64,000 nucleotides of DNA from Cyclobacteriaceae bacterium (GCA_020832375.1 JAFIEW010000001.1:55267-119266), one strand, 5' to 3'. Positions 8,211-18,551 are shown, counted from the stretch's first letter. The notes: generated from the letters alone by a model not told the origin. Made by a program: numbers and translations.

Positions 8211-9314
8211 ATGATGAAGTGGTTATATCAACAAGTTCTGAAACGCTTTTTATTTCTTCTCAATCCTGAGTTGGTCCATAGCCTATTCGTTGGAATAGGT
8301 TCATTTTTTGGCAAAACAAAGGTTGGTAGAGGCTTGGTGAGTCAATTTTACCGGTACAAGGGCAAGCCGATACAACTCAAAGTAGATGGTATCACCTATA
8401 CTTCACCAGTGATGCTTGCTGCAGGCTTCGATTACAATGGTAAATTAGCTGGTGTACTCGATACGGTTAGTTTTGGTGGGGATGAAATTGGATCGGTAAC
8501 AGCAAGGCCAACCAAGGGGAATCCAAAGCCTCGATTGAGAAGAATGATAAAGTCCCAGTCACTGATTGTCTACAAAGGACTGAAAAACGATGGCGTGGAG
8601 GTAATCATCGAACGCCTAAAAAAGACCAAAAAACCCAAAAACTTTATCTGGGGTATTAGTATTGCTAAAACCAATGACGATAAAACAGTGACTACAGAAG
8701 CGGGAATTGAAGATTATTGTTATTCCTTCCGTAGGTTAAATGAAGAAGGGATGGGTAATTTTTACACCATCAATATCAGTTGTCCTAACGTGCACGGAGG
8801 GGAGAGTTTTACCACACCGGCATTATTGAAACCACTACTAGTAGCGCTCGATAAAATACCTTGTGAAAAACCTGTTTATCTTAAAATGCCGATCAACTTA
8901 GTATGGGAAGACTTTCAAGAACTGCTAGTAATAGCCGATCAACATCGAGTGAGTGGTGTGGTAATTGGCAATCTCAATAAAAATTATGATGAGGCTACCT
9001 ATATAGATGAGGCTCCAAAAAACTACAGGGGGGGACTCAGTGGATTGACCTGCCAAAAACGATCAACGGACATCATTAGAAAAACCAAAGCGGCATGGGG
9101 CAATCGATTTACCATCATCGGATGCGGTGGTATCTTATCAGTAGAAGATGCGATGGACAAGCTAGATGCTGGTGCCGATATCTTGCAATTGATTACGGGT
9201 ATGATCTTCGAAGGCCCTCATCTAATGAAATCAATCTGTGAAGCTTATGCTCAGAGAATGGAAGATAGAGAAAATAACACTCAACAAGCACTACCAGAAG
9301 CTCAATTAAGCTAG
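8211..9314 (+). CDS. pyrD: Dihydroorotate dehydrogenase (quinone), class 2
   Basis: 367 aa. N-terminal membrane-association helix region (LKRFLFLLNPELVHSL), NISCPN active-site motif, and C-terminal GCGGI...GA..LQL flavin-binding signature. Confidence 0.9.
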   Translation: MMKWLYQQVLKRFLFLLNPELVHSLFVGIGSFFGKTKVGRGLVSQFYRYKGKPIQLKVDGITYTSPVMLAAGFDYNGKLAGVLDTVSFGGDEIGSVTARPTKGNPKPRLRRMIKSQSLIVYKGLKNDGVEVIIERLKKTKKPKNFIWGISIAKTNDDKTVTTEAGIEDYCYSFRRLNEEGMGNFYTINISCPNVHGGESFTTPALLKPLLVALDKIPCEKPVYLKMPINLVWEDFQELLVIADQHRVSGVVIGNLNKNYDEATYIDEAPKNYRGGLSGLTCQKRSTDIIRKTKAAWGNRFTIIGCGGILSVEDAMDKLDAGADILQLITGMIFEGPHLMKSICEAYAQRMEDRENNTQQALPEAQLS

Positions 9315-9527
9315 GCCAATAAATTGTTGATTTACTTTTTCCTCGATTTAGATGTTCTCATTGCGGTAATATGAATGGAGCTTCAAGATAGATAAGCCAT
9401 TCAAAAATCCTGCAAAGACCGAGTAAGTTGGAGCGTATACCCCAATGCTATAAGTGCTATTTTCCGATGATATCAAATAACAGAAATATACCAGTTCAAG
9501 AATGATTAAATCCTCATTACCGCTTAA

Positions 9528-9986
9528 CTACCGCTTAGCGACGTCCTTTACTTTAAAGTACTTTTTGTAAATAGGAACGCGGTACAAAAATTGACTCCAG
9601 AGTGCAGGGTAAAATAAAAAAGATAGACCATACGGCGCTTTGAAAGTGATTTCATCACGAATAATGGCCCCTCCCCCTTCTGCACGGTAGATATGATGCT
9701 TATGATGCCATTTTTCCAGAAAAAAGGGGAGCTCCTTGCCCTCATCAATAAAATAGAAGTATTCATCGCCTCCATCTTCGTCCGCGGTAATATCAGAAAT
9801 CCATCGCTGCTTGAAGAGCAGAAAATTAAGCTCTAAGCCTACCTCATCTCCTTTTTTTGAGCCATCAAAGCGCAAGAGCTTTACGGGAGGAAAGGGCGGA
9901 CTTAAGGCCAAAAATAAATCCTTATCAAACTTCTGCTTCACATCAGCGACAGACTGCTCAACTTTTGTTTCTATGACAATTTTCAT
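9528..9986 (-). CDS. SRPBCC/START-like ligand-binding domain protein
   Basis: 152-aa ORF. Size and pattern (MKIVIETKVEQS...V...F.....F..L.PP) are typical of small SRPBCC proteins in Bacteroidota. Function unknown. Confidence 0.55.
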   Translation of the reverse strand: MKIVIETKVEQSVADVKQKFDKDLFLALSPPFPPVKLLRFDGSKKGDEVGLELNFLLFKQRWISDITADEDGGDEYFYFIDEGKELPFFLEKWHHKHHIYRAEGGGAIIRDEITFKAPYGLSFLFYPALWSQFLYRVPIYKKYFKVKDVAKR

Positions 9987-10233
9987 GGGTTAATTTTATT
10001 TTATTCTTTATTTTTATTGAGATGAGCCTTCAGCTCGACCTTATCATTTCCAAAAGCCAGCCCTTTTCAAGTCTAAGCTATATTCCATAATTACATAGCC
10101 TATTATACGACAGGTGTACCAGAATGATAGATTTATAACTCCTTTATCAAGTAGGCTTTATCTAAAAGCGATGAAAGAAACGCATTGTTTGTAAAATTGA
10201 TAAGGTGGATCCTAAAACTAATCTCATTCCTCG

Positions 10234-10258
10234 AAAAAAAAGCGACTCGAAAGCCGCT
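10234..10258 (-). terminator. Rho-independent terminator of the TonB-dependent receptor gene
   Basis: On the minus strand, the hairpin GCGGCTTTCGAGTCGC (plus 10242-10257, one mismatch) is followed by T8 (plus-strand A-run 10234-10241). It sits ~30 nt after the stop at 10287. Confidence 0.7.
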
Positions 10259-10286
10259 TTTTATAGAACGTAATGTAGTCGCGTAA

Positions 10287-13016
10287 TTATCGCTTCGCGA
10301 ACCTTCCAGTCACTTGAAAACCAAAGAACCTAGGAGGGCCTGCAATGAAAGTTGGCGTAAGGAAGTTTTGACCGGTATTACCTGCATCAATCAAAAACTG
10401 CTCGTCAAGTAAGTTGGAACCATAGATCGCTAACTCCACTCTATTTTCTAGCAATGATACACCCATTCTTAAATTGAGCAAACCAAAAGCTGCCTGCTCG
10501 ATACCAGCCTGATTTTCTTCTTCAAAGAACACATCTGACTTCCATGTGTAAGTCGGTCGGAAGAAATAGCTCGTAGTGTTGTTGATCTTCCCTCTTACGT
10601 CCAGCCCTACTGAAAAAGAATGATCGGGAGTTAAACGGAATCGATTACCTGCAAAGTCTTGCGGGTTACCATCTGCATCAGTATCATCGAATCGGGCGCG
10701 GATATAGGCATAGTTACCGAAGAAAGATAAGTTTTTGTTGAGCGCGTATCTGAAAGAGGTCTCAGCACCAAGTGCTGTAGCTTCTCCTGCATCTACGATG
10801 ATCGGGATGGCGCCATCATCTCTTACTGTTACTTGAAAGTTGCTGTAGTCATAATAGTAAGCACTCACATCGAACTGCAAGCGGTTATTGAATGTCAAAG
10901 CTTTTGCTCCAACTTCATAGCTCCATACAATCTCATCATTTAATATGTTTTCAGTGTTGGCGTCAAGGAAGATGACGTTAGGCCTTCTGCCGCGAGAAAT
11001 TGAAGCATAAGTATTGAGCTGTTCGCTCACTTTATAATCTCCGATGAATCTACCTACCCAAGAGAAAAATTCGCCTGAAGCCTCTCTTCTGTTGTTATCT
11101 TCAGTAAGTAACACATTGCCATCAGCACCAAAAACTGGAGAGCCATCAGCATTTCTTTGAATATTGGTAGGAGGAAAGGCTACATTTGGGAAAGCTCCTG
11201 TGATCCCTCCAAAGAGCTGTCCCGCGGGATTGGTAGTGCCAGTATAAATGGCTTCAAACCCATTGTTTACTTGCTCATAAGTACCTCTCAGACCAGCGGT
11301 AAGCGAGAAGTCAGGTGTTACTTTATAAGACCCATCAGCAAATATTTCATAGGCTGATACATTACCAAAGTTTTGAAATTGCTCCTCGTGAAACTCACCA
11401 AAACGGCCAATGCCTTGAGTTAAACGGACAAGGTTCCAGCCTTGAGCATCATTGATGCCAAGAAATGCTGATCCATCAGCATTTAGTGCACTTTGAGTTA
11501 AAAAACCTAAACCAGCAAAATCAGCTACTAGAGGACTCAGTTGCGCCGCCAAAGCACGCTGATCGGTCATGAAAGGAACTCTTTGGCTACCTTTTTCCCA
11601 AAAGTAATTAGCACCAAAAAAGCCCGCAAACCGACTGTTGTCATTGTAGTTGAAGCGAAACTCTTGAGTAAATTGGTCACCTACAGATTCTTCGGCAAAC
11701 CATAAAATTGGAGCAGCAGAACCATCAGCATCGAAAGACTCATAAGAATCAAACCTCCTAAAAGCGGAAGTAGAAGTCAATGACCACTGGTCATTAAACT
11801 CATGATCTACGATCAAGGTCTGCCCCCAAACGATACGATTGATGCCCAAAGCTCTGTCGCGATCATTTTCATTGATAATGCCATTAGGGTTATATGGCGA
11901 GCTGTACCCACTTGGAATGGCTGGCTGACCATCTAAAGCGACTGTACCAAAAGCGGCCTCTCTTCCTGGCTGTCCCTCCTGACCGCGAGGTACGATGGTG
12001 CCACTGGCAAAGGCTGTACCTGGGTAGTCATCAACCTGATAGTTAGTGATGAAGTCGACTACTGTTTTATTGCCTGGAGTCCAGCGTAGTGATGGCCTGA
12101 TGGCGATAGTTCCTTTGCCATTGAGGTCGTCTTGACCTGGCACCGGGTTGTCGATAAAACCATCGCGCCTATTGTATTGACCCGCTAATCGAAAAGCCAA
12201 CTTATCTTTTACGATAGGCGTATTGACATGACCACTTACCAACTGCTGACCGAAATTTCCTACGCCCATTGTAAGTTCGGAGGAGAAGTGATTTTTGGCT
12301 TTATTCTGAATGAAATGAACCGCTCCAATCTGCGCACCACGACCAAAGAGTGTACCTTGAGGCCCTTTCAGTACCTCAACACGCTCCATGTCAAACATCT
12401 CGACTACAGAACCTCTCGACTTAGAAATTGGCACTCCATCTTGAAAAACCGATACACGAGGCTCGACCCTAGAGTCACCATCATCGCTAGTAATCCCTCT
12501 TACTACAAAGCCAGGGTTATTCGGACTCTGAAGCTGAATCTGTAAGCCTGGAACAAACTCTGCCATCTGGTCTACTTCGCGGATGTTAAGATTCTCGAAG
12601 AAATCACCTGAAAGGCTAGTGATTGCTACAGGCACTTCTTTAATGACTTGCTCTCGTTTTTGCGAAGTAACTACCAAGCCTTCTAGATACACTTGAGCTT
12701 CCTTCAGTTCAATAGATAAATTTACTTGTCTATCGCCGGCTAAAATATTAACGTCTTGAAGATAATTGGACATACCCACTGCCGTAACGGACAGTTTGTA
12801 ATTACCTGGTTGAATATTGCGGATTTGAAATTGACCGTTGAGGTCTGTGGCGGCTCCCTTTTCAGTACCCATGAGTCGTACTGAGGCGCCAATAATGGCA
12901 TCACCTTTCTCATCGACCACCTTTCCAAAGATAGATCCAGGATGGGTATCTTGAGCGCTGGCAATTCCTATAAGAAATACTGCATGCAGCATAAATAGTG
13001 TAAAGATTCTTTTCAT
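10287..13016 (-). CDS. TonB-dependent outer-membrane receptor with N-terminal CarboxypepD_reg domain
   Basis: 909 aa. Signal peptide (..GIASAQ), carboxypeptidase-regulatory-like fold (GKVVDEKGDAIIGASVRL...TDLNGQFQI), plug domain (VEVLKGPQGTLFGRGA), and a long beta-barrel ending in an aromatic-rich C-terminus (..FFGFQVTGRF). Confidence 0.9.
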   Translation of the reverse strand: MKRIFTLFMLHAVFLIGIASAQDTHPGSIFGKVVDEKGDAIIGASVRLMGTEKGAATDLNGQFQIRNIQPGNYKLSVTAVGMSNYLQDVNILAGDRQVNLSIELKEAQVYLEGLVVTSQKREQVIKEVPVAITSLSGDFFENLNIREVDQMAEFVPGLQIQLQSPNNPGFVVRGITSDDGDSRVEPRVSVFQDGVPISKSRGSVVEMFDMERVEVLKGPQGTLFGRGAQIGAVHFIQNKAKNHFSSELTMGVGNFGQQLVSGHVNTPIVKDKLAFRLAGQYNRRDGFIDNPVPGQDDLNGKGTIAIRPSLRWTPGNKTVVDFITNYQVDDYPGTAFASGTIVPRGQEGQPGREAAFGTVALDGQPAIPSGYSSPYNPNGIINENDRDRALGINRIVWGQTLIVDHEFNDQWSLTSTSAFRRFDSYESFDADGSAAPILWFAEESVGDQFTQEFRFNYNDNSRFAGFFGANYFWEKGSQRVPFMTDQRALAAQLSPLVADFAGLGFLTQSALNADGSAFLGINDAQGWNLVRLTQGIGRFGEFHEEQFQNFGNVSAYEIFADGSYKVTPDFSLTAGLRGTYEQVNNGFEAIYTGTTNPAGQLFGGITGAFPNVAFPPTNIQRNADGSPVFGADGNVLLTEDNNRREASGEFFSWVGRFIGDYKVSEQLNTYASISRGRRPNVIFLDANTENILNDEIVWSYEVGAKALTFNNRLQFDVSAYYYDYSNFQVTVRDDGAIPIIVDAGEATALGAETSFRYALNKNLSFFGNYAYIRARFDDTDADGNPQDFAGNRFRLTPDHSFSVGLDVRGKINNTTSYFFRPTYTWKSDVFFEEENQAGIEQAAFGLLNLRMGVSLLENRVELAIYGSNLLDEQFLIDAGNTGQNFLTPTFIAGPPRFFGFQVTGRFAKR

Positions 13017-13439
13017 AGTTGTTGTTTGATTAATTAGTTCAAAAGTAAGAGCAATTTTTTCAAAAGATATTAAGAAATTATGAGGCTTTAATTAACAAAT
13101 CGATAAAAATTAAGGATTTGCCCGATTTGTTTTTAGGCTTATGCATCCAAAGCACTAAAGTGAGCGTTCTCATTCCAACAAAAAAAGAATATATACTCTG
13201 ATAACTAGAGCCTTTATGCACTTATCGAAATTTTCTTTAATTTTGTATTCAATTTATCGTTGAAATAATTTGCAGACTTGCAAAATAGAGGGTGCAAGCT
13301 TAGCTCGAATAAAATTGAAATGCTTCCTTATTGCAGGATGGGGCAAAGTATACTCACAAAATGCTTAAAGTTGCTACCTCCTGTATTCAGCTTACAAAAC
13401 AAGACGCAAATATTGACAGATTAAAACAACCTACAAATA

Positions 13440-13970
13440 ATGAATAAAACCACTCTTTTTGCAGTTCTGATTGCCTTAGTGGCGATATTAGCCTTGTTTT
13501 TTTACCATCGGCTTGGCGGTTTCAACGCTATTGAAGTAAGCCAATCAAACAAAAATCAGCCTATACTTTTAGGTCAATACTATAAAGGTGAGTATGGAGA
13601 TGAGAATCTAAAAAAGATATTTTTTGACACTAAAGAATGGATAGAGCAGCATGAACGCAAAGCGCTGCTTACTGTGGTTTACTTTAATAAGCCAGAAGAA
13701 GAAGACGGGAAAGTAGACAATTTTATTGGAGTTTGGGCGGAGGAATTGCCCGCGGATTACCCCAAAAATTGGGAACGCTACGAGCTCCAGTCCAACGATT
13801 TTGTGAAAGCAGAATTTCTGGGACATCCGGTGGTTTATCCATCTCCTACGACCATAGAAGAAAAGATGAATCAATTTGCTAAAGAAAAACAATTGGTCTT
13901 AGACAGTATATCGATTGAAGTATATCCTGGCTCCAACCACCTGAAAGTCTATCGACCTATCCTAAAGTAA
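13440..13970 (+). CDS. Hypothetical membrane-anchored protein
   Basis: 176-aa ORF with an N-terminal TM helix (TLFAVLIALVAILALFFY). No family recognised with confidence; possibly a GyrI-like effector-binding fold. Confidence 0.5.
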   Translation: MNKTTLFAVLIALVAILALFFYHRLGGFNAIEVSQSNKNQPILLGQYYKGEYGDENLKKIFFDTKEWIEQHERKALLTVVYFNKPEEEDGKVDNFIGVWAEELPADYPKNWERYELQSNDFVKAEFLGHPVVYPSPTTIEEKMNQFAKEKQLVLDSISIEVYPGSNHLKVYRPILK

Positions 13971-14066
13971 AATTAATTACACGGCTGATCAGTGAAGCCT
14001 GAAAAAACGGCATAGATCACCAACACGGTATAAATTAAATAGATTGTTAAAATTATAGAAAAAACT

Positions 14067-15737
14067 ATGATCGCAAATAAAGAAAGAACCCGCGAGTCAA
14101 GAGGAGCCATTGAGCGTCTTTACATTACTATGCGCCACCTACTGATGCGAGGCACTTACAAACCAATGGGTGTATCAGGTCAGAGTCTGGTAGAAAGTCT
14201 GCTAACCTTACGGCCTGAAATATACGGTACAGTTGCTGACACTAAGCGGGTGGAACTTGATGGACTACTTTATGTCATCGAGCGTCTACCACGAGGTATT
14301 GAAGAATGTCAATTTATCAACCTTACTGCTAGAGAAGGCTTTGAGGAAGCTGGCCATGAACCCTTCATTCCTAGTAAAAGAAGAAGAAATTGCTATCGCG
14401 TTGATGCGGAGCGATACTATATCGAAATGACACGTGGTAGAAGTGATATCTATGATATCTTAACTCACCTTACCTTCATCTACATTGAAGCTGAAAAAAT
14501 CAAAAACCAAGCACTAGACCATAAAAATAAAATTTCTCAAGACTGGTATCAACTAGAGGAAATCGTAAGGCAAGAGGAAGCCGGGGAGGATGTAGATGAG
14601 AAGAAAGGGGTAGTTTACCTGAGCCACTTTTTAGGAAGAACAGTAAAGGAAACCAGCGAGGGGATCAAAAAATTTAAAGACGCGGGTGGTGGCTACAGCC
14701 TTTATCGAATTGTATATTACTTAGGAAAAAGGGCCATTCTTGAGGAAACTGAAAAAGAAGATAGAGAAATTAGTTTCTCAGGTAAACTTCGAGAAATCAT
14801 CGGTTTGCACGTATACGGCGACGAATGGGCGAGCCATATCAAAGGGCACATCGTTGCTTCGGGCATGGAAAAGAGAAAAATCCATATTATAAGTGCCAAC
14901 TTACATAGCTTCCTCAACGCTATCTATGGTTTCAAAGCATTGAAGGATCACTCTTTTGACTCTATTGAAGATTTAGCCAACTTCACCAGCAAAGCAGAAA
15001 ACCAACACTATCAAAATGCGATTAAAGAATACGCTAAGTCGCATGGATTCGTGGAAATTGAAGACCGATCAGGTACCAATCTGTCTGTGCAGATCATTGA
15101 CATGAGCAAAGTAGAAGGGAAAGGATTGCCTTACGAATTTGAGTTTGATGCTGGTAAGGACAATTCGCCCGTACTTATAGTAATGGATTATGCTTTTGGT
15201 GAGCAAGCCTATGAATGTATGGATGAGCTATTGAAGCCATACGAAAATGCTGATCGTATAATTACACTAAATATATCTTCCGTTTCAATTATGGGCAAGG
15301 CAGGAATATTAGAAGGTAAGAAAGGAGATATTATGCTCCCTACAGCCCATGTTTTTGAAGGAACGGCCGATAATTATCCAATAGAAAACGACTTTGACTT
15401 AGAGCCATTCGAAAAAGTGCTTCCATCATTTGTAGGCCCTATGATTACGGTGATGGGGACCTCACTACAAAATCGCGATGTTTTAAGCCACTTTATCACT
15501 TCTACATGGAATGCGGTAGGCCTTGAAATGGAGGGCGCTCACTACCAAAAGGCCATACAATCTGCGGCTAAAATCCGAAAAAGCATAGACGAAAACGTGA
15601 AAGTTCGTTATGCCTACTATGCATCAGATAACCCATTGGTAACTGGGGCTACGCTTGCGTCGGGAAGTTTGGGAGCTGAAGGGGTCGTACCTACCTATTT
15701 AATCACGAAAGAGATACTCAGAAAAATATTTAATTAA
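14067..15737 (+). CDS. Conserved hypothetical protein with a C-terminal nucleoside-phosphorylase-like (PNP_UDP_1-like) region
   Basis: 556-aa ORF. The C-terminal third contains IMGKAGILEGKKGDIMLPT and GLEMEGAHY, reminiscent of the G-rich loop and EMEsaa motif of the PNP/MTAP phosphorylase fold. The N-terminal ~350 aa is unassigned. Followed by a strong terminator. Confidence 0.6.
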   Translation: MIANKERTRESRGAIERLYITMRHLLMRGTYKPMGVSGQSLVESLLTLRPEIYGTVADTKRVELDGLLYVIERLPRGIEECQFINLTAREGFEEAGHEPFIPSKRRRNCYRVDAERYYIEMTRGRSDIYDILTHLTFIYIEAEKIKNQALDHKNKISQDWYQLEEIVRQEEAGEDVDEKKGVVYLSHFLGRTVKETSEGIKKFKDAGGGYSLYRIVYYLGKRAILEETEKEDREISFSGKLREIIGLHVYGDEWASHIKGHIVASGMEKRKIHIISANLHSFLNAIYGFKALKDHSFDSIEDLANFTSKAENQHYQNAIKEYAKSHGFVEIEDRSGTNLSVQIIDMSKVEGKGLPYEFEFDAGKDNSPVLIVMDYAFGEQAYECMDELLKPYENADRIITLNISSVSIMGKAGILEGKKGDIMLPTAHVFEGTADNYPIENDFDLEPFEKVLPSFVGPMITVMGTSLQNRDVLSHFITSTWNAVGLEMEGAHYQKAIQSAAKIRKSIDENVKVRYAYYASDNPLVTGATLASGSLGAEGVVPTYLITKEILRKIFN

Positions 15738-15750
15738 TTCTTATTTACAT

Positions 15751-15778
15751 GAGGGGCTTAAATAGCCCCTCTTTTTTT
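15751..15778 (+). terminator. Rho-independent terminator
   Basis: Hairpin GAGGGGCT-TAAAT-AGCCCCTC (8-bp stem, 15751-15771) followed by T7 (15772-15778), 14 nt after the stop at 15737. Confidence 0.85.
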
Positions 15779-16076
15779 GTAATAATAGATTTGACTGTTT
15801 TGAATCACAGGACTATCAACCTTACAAACATCGTTCTATCAATGCAAGCGAAAATAAAGCTGAAGATTGCACCTTATGATATTTAAACATCTTCGGAATT
15901 AGGAACGAAAAGGCACTCCTGAATATGATATCTAAAATAACTTGTTGTGATGCGGATAGGCATGAATCAAAAATAGTCCTCGCTACTATCTTCTATAAAT
16001 ACACAATCGAATTTGGGCTAACCTTTAATAAAAAGGCCTAACCTTGAAAAAATGCACGTATATTTTCAAAAATATT

Positions 16077-16107
16077 TTTGGGATAAAAAATAAAGCTTCT
16101 ATATTTG
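16077..16107 (+). promoter_or_regulatory. Canonical Bacteroidota sigma-A promoter for the tRNA-Asn pair
   Basis: TTTG (16077-16080), 19-nt spacer, TAtaTTTG (16100-16107). The first tRNA starts 40 nt downstream of the -7 box. Confidence 0.65.
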
Positions 16108-16146
16108 CAGAACGAAATGAGAGGGTATTCTTGTGCACCTTCAAAT

Positions 16147-16220
16147 TCCTCCTTAGCTCAGTTGGTTAGAGCATCTGACTGTTAATCAGAGGGTCCCTGG
16201 TTCGAGCCCAGGAGGAGGAG
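16147..16220 (+). tRNA. tRNA-Asn (anticodon GTT), copy 1
   Basis: Cloverleaf read by eye: acceptor TCCTCCT/AGGAGGA, D-arm GCTC-AGTTGGTTAG-AGC, anticodon loop CT-GTT-AA, T-arm CCTGG-TTCGAGC-CCAGG, discriminator G. CCA is not encoded. Confidence 0.95.
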
Positions 16221-16253
16221 CAAAAGTCATAAAGACCTCTCATTTTATTAAAT

Positions 16254-16327
16254 TCCTCCTTAGCTCAGTTGGTTAGAGCATCTGACTGTTAATCAGAGGG
16301 TCCCTGGTTCGAGCCCAGGAGGAGGAG
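16254..16327 (+). tRNA. tRNA-Asn (anticodon GTT), copy 2, identical to copy 1
   Basis: Same 74-nt sequence repeated after a 33-nt spacer. Confidence 0.95.
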
Positions 16328-16330
16328 CGA

Positions 16331-16357
16331 AAAGCAGCTATAATAGCTGCTTTTTTT
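16331..16357 (+). terminator. Rho-independent terminator after the tRNA pair
   Basis: AAAGCAGCT-ATAAT-AGCTGCTTT hairpin followed by a T-run (16351-16357). Confidence 0.8.
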
Positions 16358-16465
16358 GTTTCTGGCCACATCATCAGCTAAGGAGTTAAATTTCAACTTT
16401 GTCACCAATGGCCAGATCTGCTCACAGGTAAGAATACAATTGACAGATGCCTAATAAAAAGCTTA

Positions 16466-17560
16466 CTACTCTTGGTCAAATACAATTCTCAGCTGCCGGC
16501 CATACCACTCATCATCTAGCTCAAGATTTGAAATCCCTAAGCCTAAAAGCCGAATAGGCTGTCGGAGGGGCTCTTGTTCCAGCAATTGGTAAGCCATATT
16601 AGTAATATTTGCTATAGGAATTGGCCATTCACTGCTTTTGCTCCTGGTCTGTACTTGAAAATCACTATACTTCAGCTTCAATGTAATTGTTCGTCCACTC
16701 AGTTGAAGTCGCTCAACTCTTCCTTTTAATTCTTCGATCACTTTATCTAGCTCCATCGCCACTTCGTGAGGCTCAAAAACGTCTTCACGAAAAGTACTTT
16801 CGGCGCTGATACTTTTTCTTAACCTATTAGGTTCGACCTCACTATTATGTATACCTCTCACAATCTTATAGAAATGCAAACCAGACTTGCCAAAATGCTC
16901 ACTTAGGTGCTCTAAACTGAGTGCTTTGAGCTCTTTGCCGCTTATTACACCCATCTCCTTAAATTTTGCTGCGGTAACCTTACCGATGCCATAAAACTTT
17001 TGAATAGGTAGCTGCTCAAGAAATTCCAGTGCCTGCTCTGGCCGTATGGTGGCTTGACCATTGGGCTTATGAAGATCAGAAGCTATCTTTGCTAAAAATT
17101 TATTGTAAGATATTCCCGCAGAGGCATTGAGTCCTGTAACTGATTTTATTTTTGCTCTAATTTCTTTAGCTAAAATTGTGGCAGAAGGATTTTCCTTTTT
17201 ATTGGTAGTTACATCTAAAAAAGCTTCATCCAGAGAGAGAGGTTCTACCTTGTCGGTATAATCGAAAAAAATAGTACGTATCTGTGAGCTCACCTCCTTA
17301 TATCTGTAAAACCTAGGTTTTACGAATACCAAATTGGGGCACTTTCTAGCGGCAATCTTAGAAGGCATCGCTGATTTCACTCCATACTGCCGTGCCTCAT
17401 AGCTAGCTGCCGCCACCACTCCACGCTCTTTACTACCACCAACGGCAATGGGCTTGTTGCGAAGCTCAGGTTTATCGAGCTGCTCAACAGAAGCGTAGAA
17501 GGCATCCATATCCACATGGATTATTTTTCGGAAAGCTTGAAGATCGAAGGCATCCTCCAT
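16466..17560 (-). CDS. dinB: DNA polymerase IV (Y-family translesion polymerase)
   Basis: 364 aa. IIHVDMDAFYASVEQ, SLDEAFLDVT, and the full palm/finger/little-finger layout typical of DinB. Confidence 0.9.
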   Translation of the reverse strand: MEDAFDLQAFRKIIHVDMDAFYASVEQLDKPELRNKPIAVGGSKERGVVAAASYEARQYGVKSAMPSKIAARKCPNLVFVKPRFYRYKEVSSQIRTIFFDYTDKVEPLSLDEAFLDVTTNKKENPSATILAKEIRAKIKSVTGLNASAGISYNKFLAKIASDLHKPNGQATIRPEQALEFLEQLPIQKFYGIGKVTAAKFKEMGVISGKELKALSLEHLSEHFGKSGLHFYKIVRGIHNSEVEPNRLRKSISAESTFREDVFEPHEVAMELDKVIEELKGRVERLQLSGRTITLKLKYSDFQVQTRSKSSEWPIPIANITNMAYQLLEQEPLRQPIRLLGLGISNLELDDEWYGRQLRIVFDQE

Positions 17561-17801
17561 AATTACAAAGCCTTTACATCGGTTGAGCTATTGCAGACTC
17601 GATCTTTGAAAACAATTAGTAAAGAGCTTGCAATATGAGCAAAACATTATCTTTCAGGGTTGCTAACATCCAAAGACCTCAAAGTCTGCCAATTTCACGC
17701 ATAAGCGAAATCTAATGATTATGGTCGGAAAACTGTATCCATCTAAGCCGTATTAAATGGTTATTCATTTAGGAGTTCTCAGACCCTGATTCCACACTAG
17801 G

Positions 17802-18551
17802 CTATTTAACAAGCCCCTTAGCCTGTAGGTTTTCTTTTTCTTTCCATAGCATCCACCAAGGCGTACCAGGTGAGTAGTGATGCTCATAGTGATAGCCAAA
17901 GAAGTAACAGCTGAAGAAAGCCCAAATATGATTTTTGGGTTGGGTACGTGAGCGATGTTCGTTTCCTGGTAAAGGTTTACCTCTGTGAGGAAGATAAGTG
18001 CCGAAATAAAAGAGTTGCAAAGTGGCCAAAATTGACGGGATCATCCAAAACAGGATAACATTTGGCTTATCAAAAAACACGAGTAATCCATGATAGGTAA
18101 AGGCCATTAACACTACCTGATACCAAGTTATATACTCGGTAGCAAACTTAAAGTACCAACGAAAAAAACTGCCATGGTGAAAATCTGGATCTTCAACGGT
18201 AGCCACCATACCATGATGTTGGTGATGCTTAGGGAGTAGCTTTTTATAATTATTATAGGCATATAATGCTGCCGCCACTCCACCAATAGCGTGATTGAGC
18301 TTCTTTCTACCAGGCGCCACCACTCCGTGCATGGCGTCGTGTGCTGTGATAAAAAGTCCAGTATATAGGTGGGTTTGCAAAAGCATTGCTGGTATAATCC
18401 ACCAATGAAAGGCCGAAAGCTCCTTTGGAAGAAAATAGGCAAGACTTAAAAACCAACTTACAATGATAATAAGGGCAATAACTACGCCCAAAAAAGGTCT
18501 GTTTGTACTCAAAAGGTCAATAGTTTTTCTTTTGCCTCTTCCATCAGCCAC
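17802..18551 (-). CDS. crtW: Beta-carotene ketolase (CrtW-type membrane di-iron desaturase-family enzyme)
   Basis: Three histidine boxes: HDAMHG, HHQHHG and HYEHH. Four hydrophobic segments. GTG start at 18551 overlaps the ispH 3' end by 43 nt. An in-frame TTG at 18512 overlaps the ispH stop (TTGA) and is an alternative start. Confidence 0.8.
   Translation of the reverse strand: MADGRGKRKTIDLLSTNRPFLGVVIALIIIVSWFLSLAYFLPKELSAFHWWIIPAMLLQTHLYTGLFITAHDAMHGVVAPGRKKLNHAIGGVAAALYAYNNYKKLLPKHHQHHGMVATVEDPDFHHGSFFRWYFKFATEYITWYQVVLMAFTYHGLLVFFDKPNVILFWMIPSILATLQLFYFGTYLPHRGKPLPGNEHRSRTQPKNHIWAFFSCYFFGYHYEHHYSPGTPWWMLWKEKENLQAKGLVK

Noticed and set aside
13017-13439. Possible riboswitch (for example cobalamin) in the 420-nt leader of the TonB-dependent receptor.
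   Set aside because: The conserved B12-box core (GCCACTG on the coding strand, CAGTGGC on plus) is absent, and I saw no other riboswitch hallmark. Only the dispersed GGAATGAGAACGC motif copy is present.
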